The position numbers and the translations under genes were made by a program. DNA of 64,000 nucleotides from a virus: positions 10,147-74,146 of IMG/VR virus record IMGVR_UViG_3300023112_001138; one strand, 5' to 3'. Shown here piece after piece: positions 29,364 to 38,201 of this stretch (position 1 is the first letter of the stretch; each line of letters begins with the position of its first letter). The notes below the pieces were generated by a model. It saw nothing but the letters and a program-made list of their open reading frames with translations. It was not told where the DNA came from and did no database searches.

Positions 29364-29391
29364 GTATATTTCAAAATAAACCAATGAGATT

Positions 29392-29418
29392 AAACCCACC
29401 CAATAAGGTGGGTTTTTT
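29392..29418 (+). terminator. Rho-independent terminator
   Basis: aaacccacc-caataa-ggtgggttt plus T-run. Confidence 0.8.
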
Positions 29419-29487
29419 CGTGGTTGACAAACCTATATATATTTAGTATATTTTAATCATAAATAACATAAAAATAAAATATTATGA

Positions 29488-29928
29488 ATGAAAAAAAGAG
29501 GAAAAGAAATAACTTTAGATGTAGATTCAAGTTATAAAGTAAGATTAGGTACGGTTGACAATAAAAACCCAAAGAGTATATACATTAGTTTATGTGCTTG
29601 GGGTGAGCCAATGAAAGAAACAGAAAATATAAATTATAATAGCGTAATAAGTAATTTAAGAAAACAAATAAAACATAATATAAATTCTACTATAGATGTA
29701 AATGACTTTCACACCGATAAATATATTGTAGATTTAGATATGAGATCTTCAGGTATAAGTGATGGTAAAAGAAGTTTTATGTCATGTGAAATAACACTAT
29801 TTCAAAAAAACAATATATCAGTTACTAAACCAAAGATGATAAACACCGCAACTGACATCGTAAAAAATGTGATAGGTAGTTGTTTAGAAAAGCAAGAACA
29901 TTTTACTTTTTATAAAACTAAAAAATAA
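29488..29928 (+). CDS. Hypothetical protein
   Basis: 146-aa ORF preceded by a TTGACA..TATATT promoter-like sequence. Confidence 0.75.
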   Translation: MKKRGKEITLDVDSSYKVRLGTVDNKNPKSIYISLCAWGEPMKETENINYNSVISNLRKQIKHNINSTIDVNDFHTDKYIVDLDMRSSGISDGKRSFMSCEITLFQKNNISVTKPKMINTATDIVKNVIGSCLEKQEHFTFYKTKK

Positions 29929-29972
29929 AGTTTTTCTTAACATAGATATATTTATTAGTAAAGTATGTCACT

Positions 29973-30665
29973 ATGTTAGAAATATTAAAGAGTAATGAAG
30001 TAAATAAAAAAGGTATTCTTGTAGAATACGATTCAGGATACATCTCTCCAAAAGATAATAAACATTTTATTAATGAGGTAAATAAATTAACCAAGGGTGG
30101 AACAATAGTTGAAACTCCTTTGGTTGTTTATGCTGTAATGCAGAAATATGGTGTTGAGAATAAGAACGAAAGGATATACCCTGAAAATATTTTAAGAAGA
30201 GAAGCAGAAAACTACCTTAAACTAATTAACGAAAGAAGAGCAATGGGTGAGGCAGATCACCCGGAGAGTTCAATAGTATCGATAAGTAGGATTTCACATA
30301 ATGTCACAGAATTATGGTGGGAGGGAAATGTCCTAATGGGGAAATTAGAAATTATAATGTCACCAGGATTTGTCAACCAAGGGATTATTTCTTGTGAAGG
30401 AGATTTAGTTGCTAATTTACTACGTAATAATTTAAAGATGGGTGTATCTTCTAGAGGTGTAGGTTCCCTGGAGAAGGAGCATGGTAAAAATATAGTTCAA
30501 GATGACTTTGAATTAATATGTTGGGATGTGGTAACATCACCGTCAACTCCCGGTTCTTGGATATATAATAGAGAACCAAGTAAGGAAGAACAAATGGCAG
30601 AATCTAAAGATAATTCTGATAAGAATTTACTTATTGGTTCTTTAGATGATTTTTTATGTGACTAA
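29973..30665 (+). CDS. Prohead core protease (T4 gp21-like)
   Basis: NKNERIYP, AMGEADHP, ISHNV, GVSSRGVGS, WDVVTSPSTPGS. Confidence 0.95.
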   Translation: MLEILKSNEVNKKGILVEYDSGYISPKDNKHFINEVNKLTKGGTIVETPLVVYAVMQKYGVENKNERIYPENILRREAENYLKLINERRAMGEADHPESSIVSISRISHNVTELWWEGNVLMGKLEIIMSPGFVNQGIISCEGDLVANLLRNNLKMGVSSRGVGSLEKEHGKNIVQDDFELICWDVVTSPSTPGSWIYNREPSKEEQMAESKDNSDKNLLIGSLDDFLCD

Positions 30666-30776
30666 AATACCACAAAAATCATACTTTTCTAATTTTCTAT
30701 ATATTTATTAAAAAACATGGTACATTAGTGCCAAAATAAAATATTCTAATAATATAAAATAAACAAAAAGAATTAA

Positions 30777-32105
30777 ATGGCTACAAAAAGAAAATCAATC
30801 ATCGAAGAGGCTTTGCTAGAAGCTAAGTCTTTAGAGGATGCCTTAAAAGCCAATACGAAAGAAATACTTGCCACTCATATGAAGCAAGAAATTGAGAGTA
30901 TCGTAGAGTCGTCTCTGAAAGAAGAAGACGAAGAATTTGAAATCGATATAGAAGGGTCCGATGAAAATGAGGATGGAATGTCAGTTGACGATGTTGTAAC
31001 TGGAGATGATTCTGAAGAACTAATTAATTTAGATGCATTTACTGCAGATGAAGAAGGTGACGCAGAATTGGAATTAGATCTTGATCTTGATTTACCTGAT
31101 GACGGTGAAGAGTCAGATATTGATGTTTTGGAATTACCTATGGATTTATTAGGTGGTGATGAAATAGATTTAACTGGTGCACCCGATGATGAAGTACTTA
31201 AAGTTTTCAAAGCAATGAGCGATGATGACGAAGTAGAAGTAATCAAAGATGAATGTGGAATTCACTTAACAGATAACGAAACAGGTGCTGAGTATTACAT
31301 TAAGGAAAGTATGGAAGAACTGGATGGAATGGCAGAAGGTTGTGATGACTCTTTGGAAGAAGGTTGTGAAGAATTGGAAGAAGAAACCATTTATGAAATA
31401 GAAATGGATGATCAAGGATACGATGATAAAGAAGATGAATCTTTAGGTATGAGGACCGGTAAGGAACTTGAAGAAGAAGAATCATATTCAGATCGTAGAG
31501 AAGATTCTTACGGAAAATGGGGGGATCGTGACGATGAATCTTTGGAAGAAGATCATACACTTGCTAGGACTAAAGGATACCAAAGAAAAGGTGGACATAG
31601 AAATAGGCAAGAAGAATCTCGTAAACCACGTAAACCAATCTCTGAAAGGAGAAATTCACGTAAACCAATCTCTGAAAGGAGAAAAACACCTAAGAATGTA
31701 AGCAAAGTAGCTGACTCTAAAATAATGAAAGAATACAAAGAACTTAAGAGTAAAAATGAAGAATACAAAGGAGCTCTTAACGTATTCAAAGATAAACTTA
31801 ATGAAGTTGCTTTATTCAATACAAATTTAGCATACGTAAATAGATTGTTTACTGAACACTCTACCACTAAAAAAGAAAAAATGAGCATCTTAAAGAGGTT
31901 CGATGAAGCTGATAGTGTTAAAGGTTCTAAATCTATTTATAAAACTATTAAATCAGAATTGGATCGTAAATCACCAATTACTGAATCAGTAGAGAAGAAA
32001 GTAAACAGAACTGTTAAGTCATCGGCTTCAGATTTAAACGAATCTACAGCATATGTAGATCCACAAATCGTAGCGATTAAAGATTTAATGAAAAGGATAT
32101 CATAA
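30777..32105 (+). CDS. Prohead scaffold/core protein (gp22-like position)
   Basis: Between protease and MCP; extremely acidic centre, coiled coil, many [IL]xE sites. Confidence 0.8.
   Translation: MATKRKSIIEEALLEAKSLEDALKANTKEILATHMKQEIESIVESSLKEEDEEFEIDIEGSDENEDGMSVDDVVTGDDSEELINLDAFTADEEGDAELELDLDLDLPDDGEESDIDVLELPMDLLGGDEIDLTGAPDDEVLKVFKAMSDDDEVEVIKDECGIHLTDNETGAEYYIKESMEELDGMAEGCDDSLEEGCEELEEETIYEIEMDDQGYDDKEDESLGMRTGKELEEEESYSDRREDSYGKWGDRDDESLEEDHTLARTKGYQRKGGHRNRQEESRKPRKPISERRNSRKPISERRKTPKNVSKVADSKIMKEYKELKSKNEEYKGALNVFKDKLNEVALFNTNLAYVNRLFTEHSTTKKEKMSILKRFDEADSVKGSKSIYKTIKSELDRKSPITESVEKKVNRTVKSSASDLNESTAYVDPQIVAIKDLMKRIS
31627..31684 (+). repeat. 28-bp direct repeat, 30-bp period (RKPISERR x2)
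   Basis: cacgtaaaccaatctctgaaaggagaaa occurs twice. Confidence 0.9.
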
Positions 32106-32137
32106 TAATAATAATATAAATTAAAACTCAAAAAAAA

Positions 32138-33889
32138 ATGGGACATTTATTAAACTCAGGTGAAGTCGGAAATATCGGACTTGAACACTTGAAACAAATA
32201 AGATCTAAAACTATTTCGAAGTGGAACAAAATTGGTTTCCTAGAAGGTTTAAAAGGTCACGTAAGAGAGAACATTGCTCAGTTATATGAAAACCAAGCAT
32301 CGGCTCTTTTAAACGAATCTACGAGTTCAAACTCATCAGGTTCATTCGAAACAGTTGTTTTTCCAATTGTAAGGAGAGTATTCTCTAAATTATTGGCTAA
32401 TGACATCGTTTCAGTACAAGCTATGAATATGCCGATTGGTAAATTATTCTTCTTTGTACCGAAAACAACTGGTAGGAATCATGCAGCCTTAAACGGACCA
32501 GCATTGTCAAATCAGGAATGTGTATTTTCAGCTTGTGGTGGTAACACACTATCAGTATTTCAAGAAAAGAATCTTTATGATATCTTTTATAATGATGGAT
32601 TATTTGATGCGTCTAAAGGACAATCAACACTATTTTCGGATGGTGGAATTGATCCAGTTATCTTAAGTGCAAACGGAGAATCCGTTTCAACAATATTTGC
32701 TGATCAACCTTTAGCGGCTGATGGTAGTATGAGAAATTTAACTTTCTGTATTACTGGATTTACTGGTACAGGTGCTGGTAGAATGGTTGGTGCAGATGGT
32801 AATGAAATGGATACTGAGGCTTTCTTAGCTTCATTACACATAGTAAATGGTTCTGACCCAATTATGGCTGGTGACGGTAGTGGTAATGTAGTTATTGCAG
32901 CCAATGCTAACGTACCATTTAGATTAGTAGCACAAAAATATGGAAAAGGTATTGTCGATTACGGTGATATTTGTACTCCAGCAGGTTGTTTACTAGTTGA
33001 AGTGGATCTTACAACACCAGCTTGTGTTAGTTGTAGTGCTAATACCTTCGATGGTTACATTGGTGGTAGTGACGCAACAACATCAGCGGCAACATTCAGT
33101 GTAAACTGGATGACATATGCATCTTTAGAATATGCAACTGAAATGGGTGAGGTATCATTCGAACTTGATGAAGTTGTTGTTTCTGTAACAGAGAGAAAGT
33201 TGAGAGCAACTTGGTCTCCTGAACTAGCACAAGATGTTAGTGCATTCCATAACATTGATGCTGAAGCTGAATTAACGGCTTTATTATCTGAACAAGTAGC
33301 AGCTGAAATCGACAGAGAGATTCTTAGAGATTTAAGAGTAGGTGCAGCTTGGCAATTGAGATGGGATTACAATGGTTGGAAACGAACTGCTAGTGGTGGT
33401 TTCAACGCTTACACTCAAAAAGAGTGGAATCAAACGTTGATTACTAAAATTAATCAGTTATCAGCTCAAATTCATAAATCAACTCTAAGGGGTGGTGCTA
33501 ACTTCGTAGTAGTATCTTCTGAGATATCAGCTATTTTTGATGACTTAGAATACTTCCACGTATCAAATGCGGCTCCAGAGCAAGATCAATACAACATGGG
33601 TATTGAGAAAGTAGGTTCATTAGGAGGACGTTACACAGTGTATCGTGACCCTTACGCACCAGCTAACTCAATAATTGTTGGACATAAAGGAAAATCGTTA
33701 TTGGATACTGGGTACATTTATGCACCTTACGTACCATTACAATTGACTCCAACGTTACAAAACCCATTCAACTTCGCACCAACGAAGGGGATAATGACAA
33801 GATACGCTAAGAAAATGGTTAATAACCGTTTCTACGGAGCGTTGACTGTTGATGGTGTTGTTACATTTGACATCAATGAGTTGAGATAG
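32138..33889 (+). CDS. Major capsid protein (T4 gp23-like)
   Basis: LYENQA, PIVRRVF..LANDIVSVQ, RKLRATWSPELAQD, EIDREI, GYIYAPYVPL, GIMTRYA. Confidence 0.96.
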   Translation: MGHLLNSGEVGNIGLEHLKQIRSKTISKWNKIGFLEGLKGHVRENIAQLYENQASALLNESTSSNSSGSFETVVFPIVRRVFSKLLANDIVSVQAMNMPIGKLFFFVPKTTGRNHAALNGPALSNQECVFSACGGNTLSVFQEKNLYDIFYNDGLFDASKGQSTLFSDGGIDPVILSANGESVSTIFADQPLAADGSMRNLTFCITGFTGTGAGRMVGADGNEMDTEAFLASLHIVNGSDPIMAGDGSGNVVIAANANVPFRLVAQKYGKGIVDYGDICTPAGCLLVEVDLTTPACVSCSANTFDGYIGGSDATTSAATFSVNWMTYASLEYATEMGEVSFELDEVVVSVTERKLRATWSPELAQDVSAFHNIDAEAELTALLSEQVAAEIDREILRDLRVGAAWQLRWDYNGWKRTASGGFNAYTQKEWNQTLITKINQLSAQIHKSTLRGGANFVVVSSEISAIFDDLEYFHVSNAAPEQDQYNMGIEKVGSLGGRYTVYRDPYAPANSIIVGHKGKSLLDTGYIYAPYVPLQLTPTLQNPFNFAPTKGIMTRYAKKMVNNRFYGALTVDGVVTFDINELR

Positions 33890-33914
33890 TCTTAGTTAGA
33901 TTATAAGTAACTTT

Positions 33915-33947
33915 AAAAGGGGTGGATTTATTTCTACCCCTTTTTTT
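33915..33947 (+). terminator. Rho-independent terminator after MCP
   Basis: aaaaggggtgga...tctacccctttt plus T-run. Confidence 0.85.
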
Positions 33948-33983
33948 GTTTTATAAGATATTTATTATTAAATTAGAACCAAT

Positions 33984-34796
33984 ATGAGGATTAAGAAAAA
34001 AGATGTGTTATTAGAAGCTCAATTAATAGATACTACTTCCGAATTTACCCCACAAGAAAAAAGATTGTTAAAAACATTAAAAAAGAAGTTTGGTAAGGGG
34101 GGTTATGACTCTGATTATGACAGATTTGTTGGTGCAGCATTTTTAATTGAGGACATGGGGATTCCTTATGATCAAGCATATGACTTATCTTTAACTCATT
34201 GGTGGCATGGAGATAAATTATATCAAGAAGTTGATCCAATCTATAAAAAAGAAGATAGAGGGTGGCTTTATAGAAAATTAATACATCAGCTATTATCACC
34301 ATATATAGAAGGTAGGGGTGAAACAATTGGCGATGCCACCATAACATGGGAAGATCCTAACCATATAATTTCACAAAAAGATTTATTTACTGTTAAAGAA
34401 AGTGTTACATTATGGTCCGGAACTTTGGGGTTTACTTTATACATCCCTTTTAGGGGGAATATTTTGGGGATACCATCAAGTGACGTGATTCACGGCGTGA
34501 GGCACCGTTACGATATCTCAGATAAAAATACTCTGATGGTGTATATTAAATTTATACCATACGATGAAAAAGGTCACCCTAAAATGGGTACACATGTTAA
34601 GTTTGATGTAAAATATGTTGTTGGGGATTCCACGATGAGGCATGAAAATAATAATGAAAAAAATATGATGAGTTTTGATATTCCTATTCCCTCCCCATTA
34701 GATAAAGATAATATGTATAAAATTTTTACTGACTCTTTAAAGGATGTATTGGAGAAAATAGAAAGTATGACTTTTACTTTAAACCCACCTGAATAA
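33984..34796 (+). CDS. Hypothetical leader-bearing protein
   Basis: MRIKKKDVLLEAQ; late motif at 33958. Confidence 0.75.
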   Translation: MRIKKKDVLLEAQLIDTTSEFTPQEKRLLKTLKKKFGKGGYDSDYDRFVGAAFLIEDMGIPYDQAYDLSLTHWWHGDKLYQEVDPIYKKEDRGWLYRKLIHQLLSPYIEGRGETIGDATITWEDPNHIISQKDLFTVKESVTLWSGTLGFTLYIPFRGNILGIPSSDVIHGVRHRYDISDKNTLMVYIKFIPYDEKGHPKMGTHVKFDVKYVVGDSTMRHENNNEKNMMSFDIPIPSPLDKDNMYKIFTDSLKDVLEKIESMTFTLNPPE

Positions 34797-34801
34797 CCAA
34801 C

Positions 34802-36232
34802 TTAATGTAATTGATCCACTTGGTTAACTATATTAAATTTAATGGCGTCTGTGAGTGTTTTAACTTGTAAATTAGAGGTTAACTTGATATCTATATGGTA
34901 TTCGTTAGGTATCATCCAAGAAGTGTCTAAAACGAAGTAATTTTTAAGATAAGCCCTATTAATATCTTCCCACTCAATAACGTTAACTTGTGTGTTCCCT
35001 TCCCTCACCCATAACCTATATTGTAAACCATCAATAACTTCACTTTGATTAATGGTGAATGGTATTCTTGCTGAAACTAATATTTTTCTTTTGTCTCCTC
35101 TTTTAATCTTTTCGTCCCTTTTAACACCACTTAATGATATTGCGTATTCTATTGGTAGTGATTCATTATCACCGATATTGTAATAATCAGTGTCATCCTT
35201 AATTTCAAACTCTAATGATACATTTGGTCGATTAACCCCCCCTATATTAATATCACCCCAAGTATCCATAAATAAACAACCATCCTCTTGCGTTATTGGA
35301 ACAAATACTTCAGCATAATAAATACCTGTGGTTACATGTACTGTTTGTGCGGTTGTTATTGATGAAAATACGTTACCAGATTCATCATAAATGGTAACAC
35401 TAGGATTATTATCGAGATTAGTTGGTTCACCACCTAAATTACTATAAAGGTATAACTTATTTGTTTTACCCCTATAAAAGTTTTTTCTATCATCTATAAC
35501 CGTATCGTTATAAGTAGTTTCTAAAAATGGTTCGTAATACGTTTGGGTATGTCTACTGAAAAACCCAACGAATTGTGCGGGATTTTTAATAAGTATTTCT
35601 AAATCTCTCTCAAATGCGATACCATAACCATAATTTGTTGTCCCACCAGTAATTAAACTATTAACCTCATCGGACATATCCATTTCAATATTTTCATTAC
35701 CTTTATCAAAATGTTGTGTGGTTATCGTAATTGCTGATGGTGACCCCGAATAAACACCTCCACTATCCCAAGGAGTTGTTGTTGTCGCATTTAACCAATT
35801 ACTAGCACCTTCAACAAAAGTTATGTTATCTGAAGATTCAACTACACCCCTATCTTTATCTCCCGATTTAAATATTCTTTGGTAATCGTATCCACATCCC
35901 TCATCCCATGATTTATTAACTCTAAATAATACCAGATCAAATGAGAAAGTTCTTCGTTTACTATCTAATAATTCTTGTGCTTGTAGATCCGCATCAAAAA
36001 AAGAACTATTACACATTTTAAGTGTGTGAACCACATTAGATAAATCACCTAGCTCACCATTATTATATTGTGTTTGTAATGTATCAATATCGAAATATAA
36101 TAAATGTCTAGTATAATTAGTGGCCGATTCACTTCCACCATAATATAATTCAGTGATAGGGTTTCTACCAGTATTAATAATAGTATCCTTAATTAATGTG
36201 TTGTTTTTATCTATGTATGTTCTAGTTACCAT
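34802..36232 (-). CDS. Virion structural protein (DNRLRE-like N-terminal region)
   Basis: KSWDEGCG, GASNW..W..GG, NYGYGIAF, FFSRHT.TYYEPFLE; late motif at 36241. Confidence 0.65.
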   Translation of the reverse strand: MVTRTYIDKNNTLIKDTIINTGRNPITELYYGGSESATNYTRHLLYFDIDTLQTQYNNGELGDLSNVVHTLKMCNSSFFDADLQAQELLDSKRRTFSFDLVLFRVNKSWDEGCGYDYQRIFKSGDKDRGVVESSDNITFVEGASNWLNATTTTPWDSGGVYSGSPSAITITTQHFDKGNENIEMDMSDEVNSLITGGTTNYGYGIAFERDLEILIKNPAQFVGFFSRHTQTYYEPFLETTYNDTVIDDRKNFYRGKTNKLYLYSNLGGEPTNLDNNPSVTIYDESGNVFSSITTAQTVHVTTGIYYAEVFVPITQEDGCLFMDTWGDINIGGVNRPNVSLEFEIKDDTDYYNIGDNESLPIEYAISLSGVKRDEKIKRGDKRKILVSARIPFTINQSEVIDGLQYRLWVREGNTQVNVIEWEDINRAYLKNYFVLDTSWMIPNEYHIDIKLTSNLQVKTLTDAIKFNIVNQVDQLH

Positions 36233-36249
36233 TTTTATATATAAATATA

Positions 36250-37587
36250 CTAATTACTGTTAATGTTTTTATTTAATATACTATCTAAGTCAAAATTTAA
36301 AACATTTATCTTATTAGGTAAATCTGTGGAAGGCATACCATGATAATTATGTATATGTAATGATACATATCTTTTCATTAATTCTAAAAATTCTACTAGT
36401 TTATCCCCATACACTAAGGGGTGAGCTTCATTATTTATTTTTTCTTGAACTTCATCAGTAATTAAACTTTCTGGATTAGTTAAATCAAACGTATGGTTAC
36501 CATCGTGACTTATTAAATTAATTTTACTAGCTACCACATTCAATACACTAGATTTTTTATCTTTATCTGGTATTAATTTAATAACTTTAATGGTTTTTTT
36601 AACTTCTTTTTTTGCGCCTTTAAAAAATGCGACTTGATTTAAAACTCCTTCGTCACCCCCATAATTCTTCAACACTTCATTAGCGTTAGATTTTAGTTTC
36701 CATTTTCCAGTTTTATATGGTAATATCCAAGCATAAGCAGCAATTAACGCTGCCTCTCTATTGGGGAAGGTGGTGGGTGTCATTGATGCAATATTCACCT
36801 TTGTTGTTATATCTGTAACCTTTATTTCTACAATAGTATCCCCAACATTTAAAATATATTCGTTAGGTGTTAAATCCCCAGCTAATGTATTTGGGTCAGT
36901 TCCTTGTGTTTGTGTATTAATTTTAACATTTATTAATGTTTTTGCATCATCATATACGTAATTAGTTATTACTTTTTCCTCTGTTGTCCTTTTTAATTGT
37001 TCACCACCATATTTAAGTTGTATATACCCAAGATCTTTATTATTAAATTCATTTCTTTCGGGCGTATCTATAAATTTACCAGCTCTTATCCATATTTCAC
37101 CATTCTCATTTTGTTCCCCCTTATCTTTAAAAATTATATCAGCATTATTTCTACCTTGTAAACTTATGTCTAATTTATCTGGATATGACCCCTTAAAATC
37201 CTTACCTACGGGATTACTTAATTTTAGTTGCCCGTCTGCCATTAATGACCTAGCACTTTTTTTAGGGTCAAAATTTAATTTAGTTATTTCAGATACAACA
37301 GGTCCAATCCAGAATCTTTGGGTTTGGTATTCTGCATACTTTGCAATGTGTCTACTCTCGTATTGGAAAAGGAAAACTATCTCACCTTCTTTTGGTAATA
37401 TATTTAAGTATTTTGGTAGTAGGGGTACACAATATGGTAAATTTGCATCGGACACATCTTTATCTATCCCTTCTATTCTACATTGTATTCTTCCAGTTCT
37501 TTTCGAGTCTACCGCACTAATAACCTCACCAACCCTTATCATTGGTATAGTTTTATTATCTCTACTATCTTTATATCTATCTCCCAT
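36250..37587 (-). CDS. Baseplate hub/central spike protein (gp5/VgrG OB-fold-like)
   Basis: GEVISAVD...GRIQCRIEG..LP...P..GE.V N-terminus; LQGRNNADI; C-terminal HIHNYHG. Confidence 0.7.
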   Translation of the reverse strand: MGDRYKDSRDNKTIPMIRVGEVISAVDSKRTGRIQCRIEGIDKDVSDANLPYCVPLLPKYLNILPKEGEIVFLFQYESRHIAKYAEYQTQRFWIGPVVSEITKLNFDPKKSARSLMADGQLKLSNPVGKDFKGSYPDKLDISLQGRNNADIIFKDKGEQNENGEIWIRAGKFIDTPERNEFNNKDLGYIQLKYGGEQLKRTTEEKVITNYVYDDAKTLINVKINTQTQGTDPNTLAGDLTPNEYILNVGDTIVEIKVTDITTKVNIASMTPTTFPNREAALIAAYAWILPYKTGKWKLKSNANEVLKNYGGDEGVLNQVAFFKGAKKEVKKTIKVIKLIPDKDKKSSVLNVVASKINLISHDGNHTFDLTNPESLITDEVQEKINNEAHPLVYGDKLVEFLELMKRYVSLHIHNYHGMPSTDLPNKINVLNFDLDSILNKNINSN

Positions 37588-37785
37588 TTATTCTATACCT
37601 TTATGTCGTTTGTTTAATATTGTATTCCCTAAATAATATTCTTTTTCTATATCCATTAAATTTTCTAAAAGGGTATCTATTTTATTTTTAAGGGCAATAT
37701 GACCATGTTTTAAAGATTCTAATTCTTCTTTTATTTTTTTATTAGATTTATTACCCCAATCCATATGCTCTACTTTAATATCCAT
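37588..37785 (-). CDS. Small coiled-coil hypothetical protein
   Basis: 65-aa ORF abutting both neighbours. Confidence 0.7.
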   Translation of the reverse strand: MDIKVEHMDWGNKSNKKIKEELESLKHGHIALKNKIDTLLENLMDIEKEYYLGNTILNKRHKGIE

Positions 37786-38189
37786 TACCTTATAATACCG
37801 TAACCTTTTATTGTCGCAAAAGGTGGTGTATCATTAACACCGATTCCTATTGGTGGTGATTGACCTGGAACACCTGCATAAACAGTAACTTGAAGCGCAT
37901 TGGGTGGGATCACTATATCTACTTTTGCGTTGGCAATTAATTCATTTAATATTGCTTCTACCCTAATTCTTTCCATCCTTAAATCTTCTTCTGATGGTAC
38001 ATTAGGAACACCCGCTTGAGTTTTTCTAGTTTTAATCTCATTATACACTCTCGATGGACTAATACCAGTTTTATTAATTGGGACACCCTTCCGTATAATT
38101 TCTTTATTTATAGGTATAGGTGGCGTGTATAGTGTCATTAACCCCTTAAAAAATCCAAGTACTGTTTTTATACTTTGTATTGCTGCCAT
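37785..38189 (-). CDS. Hypothetical structural protein
   Basis: 134 aa, Pro/Gly-rich C-terminus, next to the spike gene. Confidence 0.7.
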   Translation of the reverse strand: MAAIQSIKTVLGFFKGLMTLYTPPIPINKEIIRKGVPINKTGISPSRVYNEIKTRKTQAGVPNVPSEEDLRMERIRVEAILNELIANAKVDIVIPPNALQVTVYAGVPGQSPPIGIGVNDTPPFATIKGYGIIR

Positions 38190-38201
38190 AATTTCATATT
38201 T

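Noticed and set aside
24077-33889. Inteins or introns in TerL, portal or MCP
   Set aside because: No C/S...HN splice motifs or LAGLIDADG blocks; ORFs are uninterrupted
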